This document shows, piece after piece, positions 14,896 through 23,328 of a stretch of 40,651 bases of DNA. Under the pieces are notes generated by a model. That model was not told where the DNA came from. It saw only the letters and a program-made list of their open reading frames with translations, and did no database searches. Position numbers and translations under genes: made by a program. Location: the NCBI GenBank assembly GCA_038062935.1, contig JBBTWG010000030.1:1-40651 (forward strand), read 5' to 3'. Position 1 is the stretch's first letter. Each line of letters opens with the position of its first letter. This DNA is from Patescibacteria group bacterium (GTDB taxonomy: Bacteria; Patescibacteriota; Gracilibacteria; UBA1369; UBA12463).

Positions 14896-16590
14896 ATGAT
14901 TTCTAGAAATTGTCAGCGCTGTACGGCTTCTTTTCAAATAACTGATGACGATCTCCGATTTTATGAGAAAGTTTCTCCGGTTTTTGGTGAGCAGGTCTAT
15001 TCCATTCCTGCGCCTTCGCATTGTCCGGATTGTCGACAGCAACGTCGTTTAGCGCTCTGCAATGAGCGTTTTTTCTATCCGGGAACATGTGGACTTTGTA
15101 AAAAATCGACACTTTCTGAACATCCGCTATTCCGCAATCAGCCGATTTATTGTCGTGAGTGTTGGCATAGTGATAAGTGGGATGCTCGAGATTTTGGAAA
15201 AGATTTTGATTTTACTCGACCATTTTTTGATCAAATTTTGGAATTGAAACGTGCCACCCCTTCTCCGGCGCTCAACATCCAGGGAACGAACGATAATTCT
15301 GAATTTATTCATTACGCTGGTTCGTGCAAGAATTGTTATTTGATTATGCACGCAGATTTTTGTGAAGATTGTTATTATGGCTATGGATTCAAGAAAAATA
15401 CGTCGTGTGTTGATGGATTTTATAATCTCCATTGTGAACTTTGCTACGATTGTGTTGACGTTCGACAATCGTATGACCTCAAAGGGTCGCAGGATTGCAT
15501 CAACTGTCACTCCAGCGCATTTTTGAGAGATTGTGTCGGATGCAAAAATTGTTTTCTGTGCGTGGGGCTTCGTGGGAAAGAATATTGCTTCGAAAATCAA
15601 CAACTTTCGAAAGAGGAATACTTGCAAAAAATGGCGCAGATTGACACTGGTTCCTATACTCAATATCAACAGCATAAAAAGCGCTTGAAAGAGCTGGAAA
15701 AACAGCATTCTTTCAAAGAATTTCAGGGAACGAATCTCGAAAATTCTTTTGGAAATAATCTCTATAATTGCAAAGATACGTGGTTTAGTTTTGATTGCGA
15801 GGACGTGGAAGGTGGGAAATTTTGTTATCAGGTGGTTCTGGGTGCGAAAGATGTTTACGATATTTATCAATACGGGACGAATTTGCAGCAATCGTATGAA
15901 TGTTCGATTTCTGGTGAGAATAGTTATCGACTTTTTTTCTGCGATAATTGCCATGTGAATTCTTCGGATCTGTTTTATTGCTGGTACATGGAGCGCTCAA
16001 AAAACTGTTTTGGATGTGTGAATATGCAGCAGGCGCAATATTGCATTTTGAATAAACAATATACGAAAGAGGAGTATGAAAAGCTTGTGCCACAAATTAT
16101 TGAGCACATGAAGAAGACAGGGGAATTTGGTGAATTTTTCCCAATGTCGCATTCGCCACATGGGTATAATCGGAGCTCTGCGCAGATGTATTATCCGCTC
16201 ACGAAAGAGCAAGTTTTGGCTCAGGGACTGACGTGGGATGATTATGATGCACCTCGTCCGCAAGTTCAGAAAGTTTTGGATGCTTCAAATATTTCTGACA
16301 ACATCAAAGATGTTTCTGATGACATTTTGACTGCTGCTGTTGAGTGCGAAGTGACGAAAAGATTATTTAAAATCACTCCGAAAGAATTGAAGTTTTATCG
16401 TCAGCAAAAAGTTCCGTTGCCTCGAAGATGTCCTGATCAGCGGCATCTGGATCGCTTCTCTTTGCGAAATCCTCGCAAATTTTGGAATCGCAGTTGTTCC
16501 CAGTGTCAGAAAAATTTCTGGACGACATATTCATCAGAAATCACCGAAAAAGTTCTTTGTGAACCATGTTATTTGGCGAGGGCGTATTGA
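14896..16590 (+). CDS. Cysteine-rich repeat protein with N- and C-terminal copies of a zinc-ribbon module
   Basis: The 564-aa ORF has an N-terminal module CQRC..FQITDDDLRFYEKVSP...CPDCRQQRR...C..C...IYCRECW. The C-terminal module is ECEVTKRLFKITPKELKFYRQQKVP..RRCPDQRHLDR...CSQC...VLCEPCY. The centre is full of C-x2-C pseudo-repeats. Confidence 0.7.
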   Translation: MISRNCQRCTASFQITDDDLRFYEKVSPVFGEQVYSIPAPSHCPDCRQQRRLALCNERFFYPGTCGLCKKSTLSEHPLFRNQPIYCRECWHSDKWDARDFGKDFDFTRPFFDQILELKRATPSPALNIQGTNDNSEFIHYAGSCKNCYLIMHADFCEDCYYGYGFKKNTSCVDGFYNLHCELCYDCVDVRQSYDLKGSQDCINCHSSAFLRDCVGCKNCFLCVGLRGKEYCFENQQLSKEEYLQKMAQIDTGSYTQYQQHKKRLKELEKQHSFKEFQGTNLENSFGNNLYNCKDTWFSFDCEDVEGGKFCYQVVLGAKDVYDIYQYGTNLQQSYECSISGENSYRLFFCDNCHVNSSDLFYCWYMERSKNCFGCVNMQQAQYCILNKQYTKEEYEKLVPQIIEHMKKTGEFGEFFPMSHSPHGYNRSSAQMYYPLTKEQVLAQGLTWDDYDAPRPQVQKVLDASNISDNIKDVSDDILTAAVECEVTKRLFKITPKELKFYRQQKVPLPRRCPDQRHLDRFSLRNPRKFWNRSCSQCQKNFWTTYSSEITEKVLCEPCYLARAY

Positions 16591-16608
16591 AAAATCTCTC
16601 GAAATATT

Positions 16609-17973
16609 TTACCATCCAAACATTTTCCCGACATCTTCTGCTGTTTCACGTTTTCGTGCGACTGTGGCGATGCCGTTTGGGAGGATTATTTTCATCGGAG
16701 ACGAGAGAAGACAGTGGTGTGCGGAGAGTGCGTCTTGGTATGCGCCGGTGTCAAAGACGGTCACGTATTGATCTTCTTGTGGAGAGAGATCTTCGAGGCG
16801 GGGGAGAAGGAGGTAGCCGTCACTGGATGCGTATTTATCGTCAGAATCACAGCTGAGACCTGCGAGCCATACGCGATGTTTTTTCTCGGCAGCCATGTTG
16901 TTGGCTGGGACGATATGCCATTTTTGGTGAATGGCCCATGTGTCGAGGAGATCGTTCATGAAACTTCCGTCGATGACATACCATTTTTTGGCGACTGATT
17001 TCGGAATATCTTTGTCGCTGAGGATTTTGAAAATAGTAATTTGTGCTGGCGCTGCGATATGGCGACCCCATTCGACGATGAGATTTGGATGTGGGATTCC
17101 TGCTGCTTCTGACATTTCTTTCAGCACTTTGAAGATTTTTTTGACGCAAGATTCTACACCGTACATTTTTTTCTTTTCGTAGGGGATTGCGAAACCACCG
17201 CCGATGTTGATTGTGTCGAGTGTTGGATTTCCTTCCCGAATTTTTTTGTAGGCTTCGAAAGCTTCTTTCACAGCGAGAATAATGTCAGCCTCTCGGAGAA
17301 TTTGTGAACCGATGTGATAATGAAGAATCTTGAGATTTCTGATTTTGCCGACTTCGAGAATTTCGTCCAGCATCAGGCCAAAACGATCGATTTTTTTGTC
17401 CCAGTGTGACTTCACTTTTGACTGGAGATTGATACGGATTCCGATGTCTCCTTTGAAATCTTTGAAAATTCGGAGTTCGTGGAGATCTTCGATGATAGGA
17501 ATAATTACAAGACCGTTTTCACGGAGATGTTTGATGGCCTGGACGTATGCCGTTGTCTTTGGTCCATTGCAGAGTACGCGGATTTTTGCGTTGAAACTTT
17601 CTCCTTCCCAGATTTTTTTGACGATTAGGAGATCATTGGTGGAAGTGACTTCCAAATGCGCTCCTTCTGAGACGAGCGGGAGAACGCATTCTTTGTTTTG
17701 ATTCACTTTCATCGGGAAGTGATAGGTAAATTTCCCTTTGTAGCCAATGCGTTTTATCTCATCGTTCGCAATTTCAAAAAGTGAATTGAGTCGTTGCTCT
17801 ATGATGAAAGGAAGGAAAATCTCGAGAGGGGATCCAAATTTTCTGACGATATCGTGAACGTTGTATTGGTAATTTCCCTCACGAATGATGAGCTCGTTAT
17901 CTTTGTTGATATCAAAGTATTCGGTGTTGAATTCTTTTTTTCCAATCTTCCAGAATTTTTTGTAGTTTTTCAC
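16609..17973 (-). CDS. speA: Arginine decarboxylase (PLP-dependent, Orn/DAP/Arg decarboxylase family 2)
   Basis: FPMKVNQ (PLP Lys), HYHIGSQ, INIGGGFAIPY and GLSCDSDD are present. It uses a GTG start and is last in the aguB-aguA-speA string. Confidence 0.8.
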   Translation of the reverse strand: MKNYKKFWKIGKKEFNTEYFDINKDNELIIREGNYQYNVHDIVRKFGSPLEIFLPFIIEQRLNSLFEIANDEIKRIGYKGKFTYHFPMKVNQNKECVLPLVSEGAHLEVTSTNDLLIVKKIWEGESFNAKIRVLCNGPKTTAYVQAIKHLRENGLVIIPIIEDLHELRIFKDFKGDIGIRINLQSKVKSHWDKKIDRFGLMLDEILEVGKIRNLKILHYHIGSQILREADIILAVKEAFEAYKKIREGNPTLDTINIGGGFAIPYEKKKMYGVESCVKKIFKVLKEMSEAAGIPHPNLIVEWGRHIAAPAQITIFKILSDKDIPKSVAKKWYVIDGSFMNDLLDTWAIHQKWHIVPANNMAAEKKHRVWLAGLSCDSDDKYASSDGYLLLPRLEDLSPQEDQYVTVFDTGAYQDALSAHHCLLSSPMKIILPNGIATVARKRETAEDVGKMFGW

Positions 17974-18066
17974 TTCGCGGAAAAAATAGTGAGGAAAATA
18001 CGATAGATCAATATATAGTCGCTTTTTTTCTCGAATGCAATAGAATTTTCGCTTGCTCCTGTTGAT

Positions 18067-19098
18067 TTATTCTTTTGGGTGCTGCTGTGTAGAACAGTGG
18101 AAAGCTCCATAGCCCCAGACGAGTTCTTTGCAATCTATTCCGACCATTTTTCTGGTGGGGAAAAATTTGGAAAGAATCTTTTTTACTTCTTGGTCTTGTT
18201 CGCATCCGAATGTTGGAATTAAAACGATGGTGTTTCCGATGTAAAAATTGGCGTAGTTAGCTGGGAGCTTTTGTCCCTTGAACATTACGGGTTTTGGCGT
18301 TGGAAGTGCAATTATTTTGAAAGGTTTTCCTTCCTGATCTATCATTTTTTTGAGTTCTTCAAAATTTTTCTTGAGTGTTTTATAATTAGCATCTTTCGGA
18401 TTTTTTTCTACGACACAAGCGATCGTTTTTGGATTGACGAATCGTGCGATGGCATCGATGTGTCCGTCAGTTTCATCTCCTGTAGCGCCTTTCCCGAGCC
18501 ACAATGTTTTTTCGATTCCGAGATATTTTTTGAAATATCCTTCGATTTGTTTGCGACTCAACTTTGGATTGCGAGCGAATATGCACTCTTCTGTTGTGAG
18601 CAAAACTCCTTTTCCATTCACTTCTATTGAGCCTCCTTCCAGGATAATTTCTGGTTTTACGACTTTGGTTTTGAATATTTTCCCTATTTTTTGTGGCACG
18701 ATATCGTCGCTTTCCCATGGTGGATATTTTTCTCCCCAGGCATTGAAAATCCAGTCCGTGATAACTAATTTTCCTTTTTCATCTCTCACAAAAATAGCTC
18801 CATAGTCGCGTGTCCATGTGGAATTCGTACGAATTTTGAAGAATTTGATATTTTTGAGCTGTTTCTTCGTTACTTTTTTTTCATGGAGTATTTTTTCTGC
18901 TTCTTTTTGTGCCTTTTTGTCGTTGATACAGATAAAAACTTTCTCACTTTCTGCTAAAGCTTTTACCATTTCGGCGTAGAGGCGGGGGATTGGCTCGAAA
19001 TTTCCTGGCCAGTGTCTTTTGTTGTGTGGCCACGCAATCCATGTGCCTTCGTGAGGTTCCCATTCGGCGGGCATTTTGTAACTTGTGACTTTTGACAT
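18067..19098 (-). CDS. aguA: Agmatine deiminase
   Basis: PAEWEPHEGTWIAWPHN, GGSIEVNGKGVLLTTEEC, DGHIDAIARF and catalytic GAFHCSTQQ are present. The first 8 codons (MSKVTSYK) are encoded by the GTGAC repeat, so the ATG at 19074 (MPAEWEPH) may be the true start. Confidence 0.85.
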   Translation of the reverse strand: MSKVTSYKMPAEWEPHEGTWIAWPHNKRHWPGNFEPIPRLYAEMVKALAESEKVFICINDKKAQKEAEKILHEKKVTKKQLKNIKFFKIRTNSTWTRDYGAIFVRDEKGKLVITDWIFNAWGEKYPPWESDDIVPQKIGKIFKTKVVKPEIILEGGSIEVNGKGVLLTTEECIFARNPKLSRKQIEGYFKKYLGIEKTLWLGKGATGDETDGHIDAIARFVNPKTIACVVEKNPKDANYKTLKKNFEELKKMIDQEGKPFKIIALPTPKPVMFKGQKLPANYANFYIGNTIVLIPTFGCEQDQEVKKILSKFFPTRKMVGIDCKELVWGYGAFHCSTQQHPKE

Positions 19099-19110
19099 GT
19101 GACGTGTGGC
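19081..19110. repeat. GTGAC-rich intergenic repeat, copy a
   Basis: ACTTGTGACTTTTGACATGTGACGTGTGGC lies between aguB and aguA, in inverted orientation relative to transcription. Confidence 0.6.
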
Positions 19111-19113
19111 CTT

Positions 19114-19977
19114 TTAGGATTCAAATTTTTCGCATTGGACTCTGCGTTCTTTGAGGAATGGCCATTCTCGGCGCATGACTTCTATTATGTCGAGATCGCA
19201 TTCGACAATAATATTTTCTTCTTTGTCGTTTGAGGCTTTTCCAAGAATTTCTCCGTAAGGATTGCTCACGAATGAGTTTCCCCAGAAATTGAGTCCTTCT
19301 TCTGTTCCTACGCGATTGATGCTCGCGACAAAAATATTGTTGGCGATGCTGTGTGATCTTTGGATCGTAATCCAAGCGTCGTTTTCTGCTTTATCAAGCC
19401 GTGCTTTCTCTGGACGATCAGCGAGTGGCCAGCCTATTGCAGTTGGATAGAAGAGGATTTCTGCGCCTTTTGTGGCGGCGATTCGTGCGCCTTCGGGAAA
19501 CCATTGGTCGTAGCAGATCATTGGTGCAACTTTCCCGAATTTTGTTTCGAAAACTTTGAAGCCCATGTCGCCCGGTGCGAAATAAAAATCTTCCATGTAG
19601 CCGTTGAGCTCGTCCGCAGGAATGTGCATTTTTCGGTATTTTCCGAGATATGTTCCATCCGCGTCGATGACGACTGCGGTGTTGTAGAGTTTTCCGTCAT
19701 CCGCTTTTTCGTAGATGGAAGTCACGATCGCTATGCCAAGTTCTCTTGCTTCTTTCTGGAGTATTTCTGTGATTGGTCCAGGAATTTTTTCTGCGAGATC
19801 GAAGATTTTTTTGTCTTTTGTTTGGCAGAAATATGGTCCCGCGAAGAGTTCGGAGAAAGCAACGATGTTTGCGCCTTTCTGTGCACATTCGCGCAGTCGC
19901 ACGATTCCTTTTTGGAGGTTTTCTTCTTTATTGGTACTGCAACTCATCTGTATGAGTCCCAGCGTAACTTTTCTCAT
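19114..19977 (-). CDS. aguB: N-carbamoylputrescine amidase (CN-hydrolase)
   Basis: The nitrilase-superfamily triad context is present (FSELF, YRKMHIP, MICYDQWFPE). ATG at 19977 (MRKVTLGLIQ); the track ORF begins at 20013. Confidence 0.85.
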   Translation of the reverse strand: MRKVTLGLIQMSCSTNKEENLQKGIVRLRECAQKGANIVAFSELFAGPYFCQTKDKKIFDLAEKIPGPITEILQKEARELGIAIVTSIYEKADDGKLYNTAVVIDADGTYLGKYRKMHIPADELNGYMEDFYFAPGDMGFKVFETKFGKVAPMICYDQWFPEGARIAATKGAEILFYPTAIGWPLADRPEKARLDKAENDAWITIQRSHSIANNIFVASINRVGTEEGLNFWGNSFVSNPYGEILGKASNDKEENIIVECDLDIIEVMRREWPFLKERRVQCEKFES

Positions 19978-20042
19978 GATTTCTTTTAAAGAATAACGCC
20001 CGCAGCGTAGCATAAAATTATTTTTTGTTGTAGAATTTTTGT

Positions 20043-20357
20043 GTGGTTGATTTCAAGAATAAAATTTTGGATAGCGTAAAGGGTGGTTTTCATCGTGTGA
20101 AACACGGTGGTCGATCGATCAAAAATGACGTTCGTGAAAAAACTGTTGGATACGTTTTGGCTGGTTTGGGAGTTGTCGCTGGTCTTGCCTGGAATGAGGC
20201 AATTAATGGGCTTATAGAATATCTTTTTCCTTTGAGTCGCAGTGGAGTTTTTGCAAAATTTCTCTATGCATTTCTGATGACTTTGATGCTTGTTTTAGTG
20301 ACTTCGTATCTGATGAGAATGATCCAGAAAGATCAGGATAACGAATTGAAGAAATAA
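20043..20357 (+). CDS. Small two-TM membrane protein (DUF5654-like)
   Basis: GTG start; VGYVLAGLGVVAGLAWNEAINGLIEYLFP then a second TM segment. The family assignment is from memory. Confidence 0.5.
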   Translation: MVDFKNKILDSVKGGFHRVKHGGRSIKNDVREKTVGYVLAGLGVVAGLAWNEAINGLIEYLFPLSRSGVFAKFLYAFLMTLMLVLVTSYLMRMIQKDQDNELKK

Positions 20358-20409
20358 TTTGTGTTTGCCATGAGAATTGCCGTGAAAGTGAAATTGCGAG
20401 CGAAAATTG

Positions 20410-20438
20410 TTGAGATTCTTTAGTTTTCTCTCTACAAT
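20410..20438 (+). promoter_or_regulatory. Sigma70-like promoter (TTGAGA-17-TACAAT) for the AI-2E transporter gene
   Basis: TTGAGA at 20410-20415, TACAAT at 20433-20438, ATG at 20448. Confidence 0.45.
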
Positions 20439-20447
20439 AGTCTTACG

Positions 20448-21551
20448 ATGCCGAAAAAACCTCACCTTTCAAATTCGCTCAAATTGCATCATGTCCCAGG
20501 ATTTTTTCTGATTTTTTGCGTTGTTGTTTCTTTGTATTTTCTTTTTCAACTTTTGACGCCGTTTGCTACGGCTCTTATTTTTGCCGTGATTCTCGCTGTT
20601 GCTTTTCGCCCTTTATATCTTTTTTTAAAAAGAATTTTTCGTGGACGCCAAGGGCTCGCTTCTTTTTGCACTTCTCTTGTCGTTGTTCTGCTTATTGTTA
20701 TTCCTTTCATTCTTTTACTCTCTCTCCTCGCTTCTGAAGTGATTAGTGCTTATGGTTTTATTGAAGCGAAGCTTCGTTCTGGTGCACTTGATCAATTTTT
20801 AAAGTGGGAAAATGGTGGTTTTTTCTATGATTTCCGTCAGAAATTTTTCCCGAATCTCTCTGATCCAGACCTCCAAAGTCAGATAGTTTCTACTGCTCAG
20901 GCGATTAGTAATTTTCTTGTTGCGCAGATTTCGGGCTTTTTGACTGGTATTACTTCACTTTTTCTCGATTTCATCGTATTTCTTTTGACTCTCTATTATC
21001 TCCTGAAAGATGGCGATATTCTTGTTCGGAAGATTTTAGAATTGAGTCCACTTCCTTCTCGATACGAAGGTTCTATTCTTGTGAAATTAAGAGAAATGTC
21101 GAATGCGATCATGTATGGATCTTTTTTGACGGCGATTGTTCAGGGAATTTTTGGCGGCATTGGATTTGCACTTGCGGGTATCGATCAGGCAGTTTTGTGG
21201 GGTACTGCGATGGGATTTTTCTCTTTCTTGCCGTACGCAGGAACTTCGATTATTTGGTTTCCTGCCTCCATCCTTCTCTTTTTGAATGGTCACAGCGGTT
21301 CTGCGCTTTTTCTTTTCCTTTGGGGGGTGACTGCGGTGAGTGCTTCTGATAACTTTTTGCGTCCATATTTCATTAGCTCGAAGACTGAGACATATCCGTT
21401 TCTTATGTTCCTTACCATTATGGGTGGACTCTTTGTCTTTGGTCTTTCTGGTGTCGTTTTTGGCCCAGTGATCTTGACCTTTGCTTTGACATTTCTCGAT
21501 ATTTATAAGAAAGAATATGGTGGAATGCTCAAAGAGTTGGATTACCATTAA
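20448..21551 (+). CDS. AI-2E family (PerM/UPF0118) transporter
   Basis: The 367-aa polytopic protein has an architecture and C-terminal half (LRPYFIS..., GGLFVFG..GVVFGPV) typical of the family. Confidence 0.85.
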   Translation: MPKKPHLSNSLKLHHVPGFFLIFCVVVSLYFLFQLLTPFATALIFAVILAVAFRPLYLFLKRIFRGRQGLASFCTSLVVVLLIVIPFILLLSLLASEVISAYGFIEAKLRSGALDQFLKWENGGFFYDFRQKFFPNLSDPDLQSQIVSTAQAISNFLVAQISGFLTGITSLFLDFIVFLLTLYYLLKDGDILVRKILELSPLPSRYEGSILVKLREMSNAIMYGSFLTAIVQGIFGGIGFALAGIDQAVLWGTAMGFFSFLPYAGTSIIWFPASILLFLNGHSGSALFLFLWGVTAVSASDNFLRPYFISSKTETYPFLMFLTIMGGLFVFGLSGVVFGPVILTFALTFLDIYKKEYGGMLKELDYH

Positions 21552-23004
21552 TCGATTTGAATTTGATCGATTTTCGAGACTTCAGTATTTGAAATCCAAT
21601 TCCTACTATGGCGATCAATGCGAGAATCCAGTAAGAATTCGATCTGCTTTTTTCATCGGCATTCTTTTTATCCGCCTTTTGTTGGATAACTTCGTATGAT
21701 TCGAGTTCATATTCGTTTTTCCCTTTCTTTATTCCTGTAATCTTTACCTTTGCTTGTTGTTGAACGGCGAGTGCTATGAGGTCTGGATTGATTTTTTGTT
21801 TTTCGAAGTTGACGAGTATTTTTTCTTTTCCGTTTTCGACAGAGAAATTTTGTAATCCTTTTCCACTTATTTTTCCTTCGAAGATAGCGTAGACTGGATT
21901 TGGCTTTCCTGGTGTTTTTGTCCCTGTCCAGAGCCATTTTGTTTCATCTGTTTCTGTGGAACTGTGTTCTTGTGCTGATGCGACAGGAATGAAATAATTT
22001 TCATTGCGTGGGCTCTGATTGTGGAAAATAATTTTTGCAAATGCAATATTTTCTGGTGCTTCATCGTAACTTATAGAGTCTATTTCATTTTGTTCTGGAT
22101 CGATGAGATAGATTTCGTTTGGGCCGTTTTTGAGCGTGAGTTTGATGTCGTCGAAATTGAGTAACATGTAGCCTCCTGGCTTGATGGTGAAATTGCTAGG
22201 AATTTTGAATTTTTTAGTAGTGCTATGAATTTCCCAGCTCCCGAGATTGACTGTGTCATCTCCCGTATTGTGGATTTCAAGCCATTCTTTTCCTTTGTCT
22301 GGACCTACTGGATTTGGAAATACTTCGGAAATTTCTATATCTTCACTGAGATCTCCGATGCTTGTTCCTACTGTTTTTTGGTCTGATACTTTCTCTGTTG
22401 AAGATATTTTGTCATTCGGAATATTTTCATTTTTTGGAATTACCTCATTTCGGATTTCTATTTTTGAAATATTTTCTGCTCCCGGAGTTGGATTTATTTC
22501 TTTGATCCATGTGTTTTCTGATGTTCGCGCGTAACTTTGTCCACTCTTTGTGTCGCTGTATGAAATCGTATCAATGAATTGTCCGTTTGGCGCCATGAGG
22601 CGAGCTTGATCGACGGTGTTATTGAGTGCGATCTTTGTTTCTTTGGACTTCACGACCAGAAATCCATGAGCAGCAATTATTTTGCCTTTCAGACTAAAAG
22701 ATTTACTTCCACCTTCGCTGTCGTCGACTTCCCAGCCGTCGAGATTTGCTTCTTGATCGGTAGGGTTTTTGATTTCGATCCATTCTTCATCAGTATCTGT
22801 TCCTTCTGGATCTGGCATAAATTCATTGATGATGAGTGGAAGGATTTGCGGAGTAGTGGTTTGTACCACTGTCGCGACCGTTTTTTCTGTCGCAGCTTTT
22901 ACGGCTGCATCAACTTCTGCTTTGCAGGAGTCTGTAGTTTGGGCATAAGCGTAGTTTGTTAAAAAATAAAAAAGAAACGAAGCAATAAAAAATTTGTTGG
23001 TCAT
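21529..23004 (-). CDS. Secreted, C-terminally anchored protein with two lamin-tail domains (LTD)
   Basis: INEFMPDPEGTDTDEEWIEIKNPTDQEANLDGWEV and ISEVFPNPVGPDKGKEWLEIHNTGDDTVNLGSWEI are present. There is a signal peptide from the ATG at 23004 and a C-terminal TM segment (YWILALIAIVGIGF). Confidence 0.75.
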   Translation of the reverse strand: MTNKFFIASFLFYFLTNYAYAQTTDSCKAEVDAAVKAATEKTVATVVQTTTPQILPLIINEFMPDPEGTDTDEEWIEIKNPTDQEANLDGWEVDDSEGGSKSFSLKGKIIAAHGFLVVKSKETKIALNNTVDQARLMAPNGQFIDTISYSDTKSGQSYARTSENTWIKEINPTPGAENISKIEIRNEVIPKNENIPNDKISSTEKVSDQKTVGTSIGDLSEDIEISEVFPNPVGPDKGKEWLEIHNTGDDTVNLGSWEIHSTTKKFKIPSNFTIKPGGYMLLNFDDIKLTLKNGPNEIYLIDPEQNEIDSISYDEAPENIAFAKIIFHNQSPRNENYFIPVASAQEHSSTETDETKWLWTGTKTPGKPNPVYAIFEGKISGKGLQNFSVENGKEKILVNFEKQKINPDLIALAVQQQAKVKITGIKKGKNEYELESYEVIQQKADKKNADEKSRSNSYWILALIAIVGIGFQILKSRKSIKFKSINGNPTL

Positions 23005-23098
23005 GCGCATAGAGTAGCAAGTCATTCTGAACAAAACTTAAATTTTTTTTCAAAAAAAGATGAACTGATTTAGCTTTGCGCGGATTTTTTAGCTTTCA

Positions 23099-23127
23099 TT
23101 GACTGTGTTTGAACACTCCTCTATACT
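23099..23127 (+). promoter_or_regulatory. Near-consensus sigma70 promoter (TTGACT-17-TATACT) 200 nt upstream of rny
   Basis: TTGACT at 23099-23104, TATACT at 23122-23127. Confidence 0.5.
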
Positions 23128-23328
23128 TGGAGCACGATTCGACGAGAATTGTACAAATCTTCAGAAACAGCTTTATTTACAGTAGGATTTATTTATTTCA
23201 TGATTCGACTTCGAAGCTTCATCATCAAGAGACTTACACCTCAACTTCTCCTCTTGGAGAAGCTGTAAAACTGTTTTTTTAGTTTTGTTTTTTTCGTCCG
23301 AATTTGTTTCTTATAAACAAATTTTTTT

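Noticed and set aside
23131-23210. tmRNA-like 5' motif (GGAGCACGATTCGACGAG resembles GGGG...GGAUUCGACGGG)
   Set aside because: There is no complementary acceptor 3' strand, T arm or CCA downstream. The available space before rny (~200 nt) is also too short for a tmRNA.
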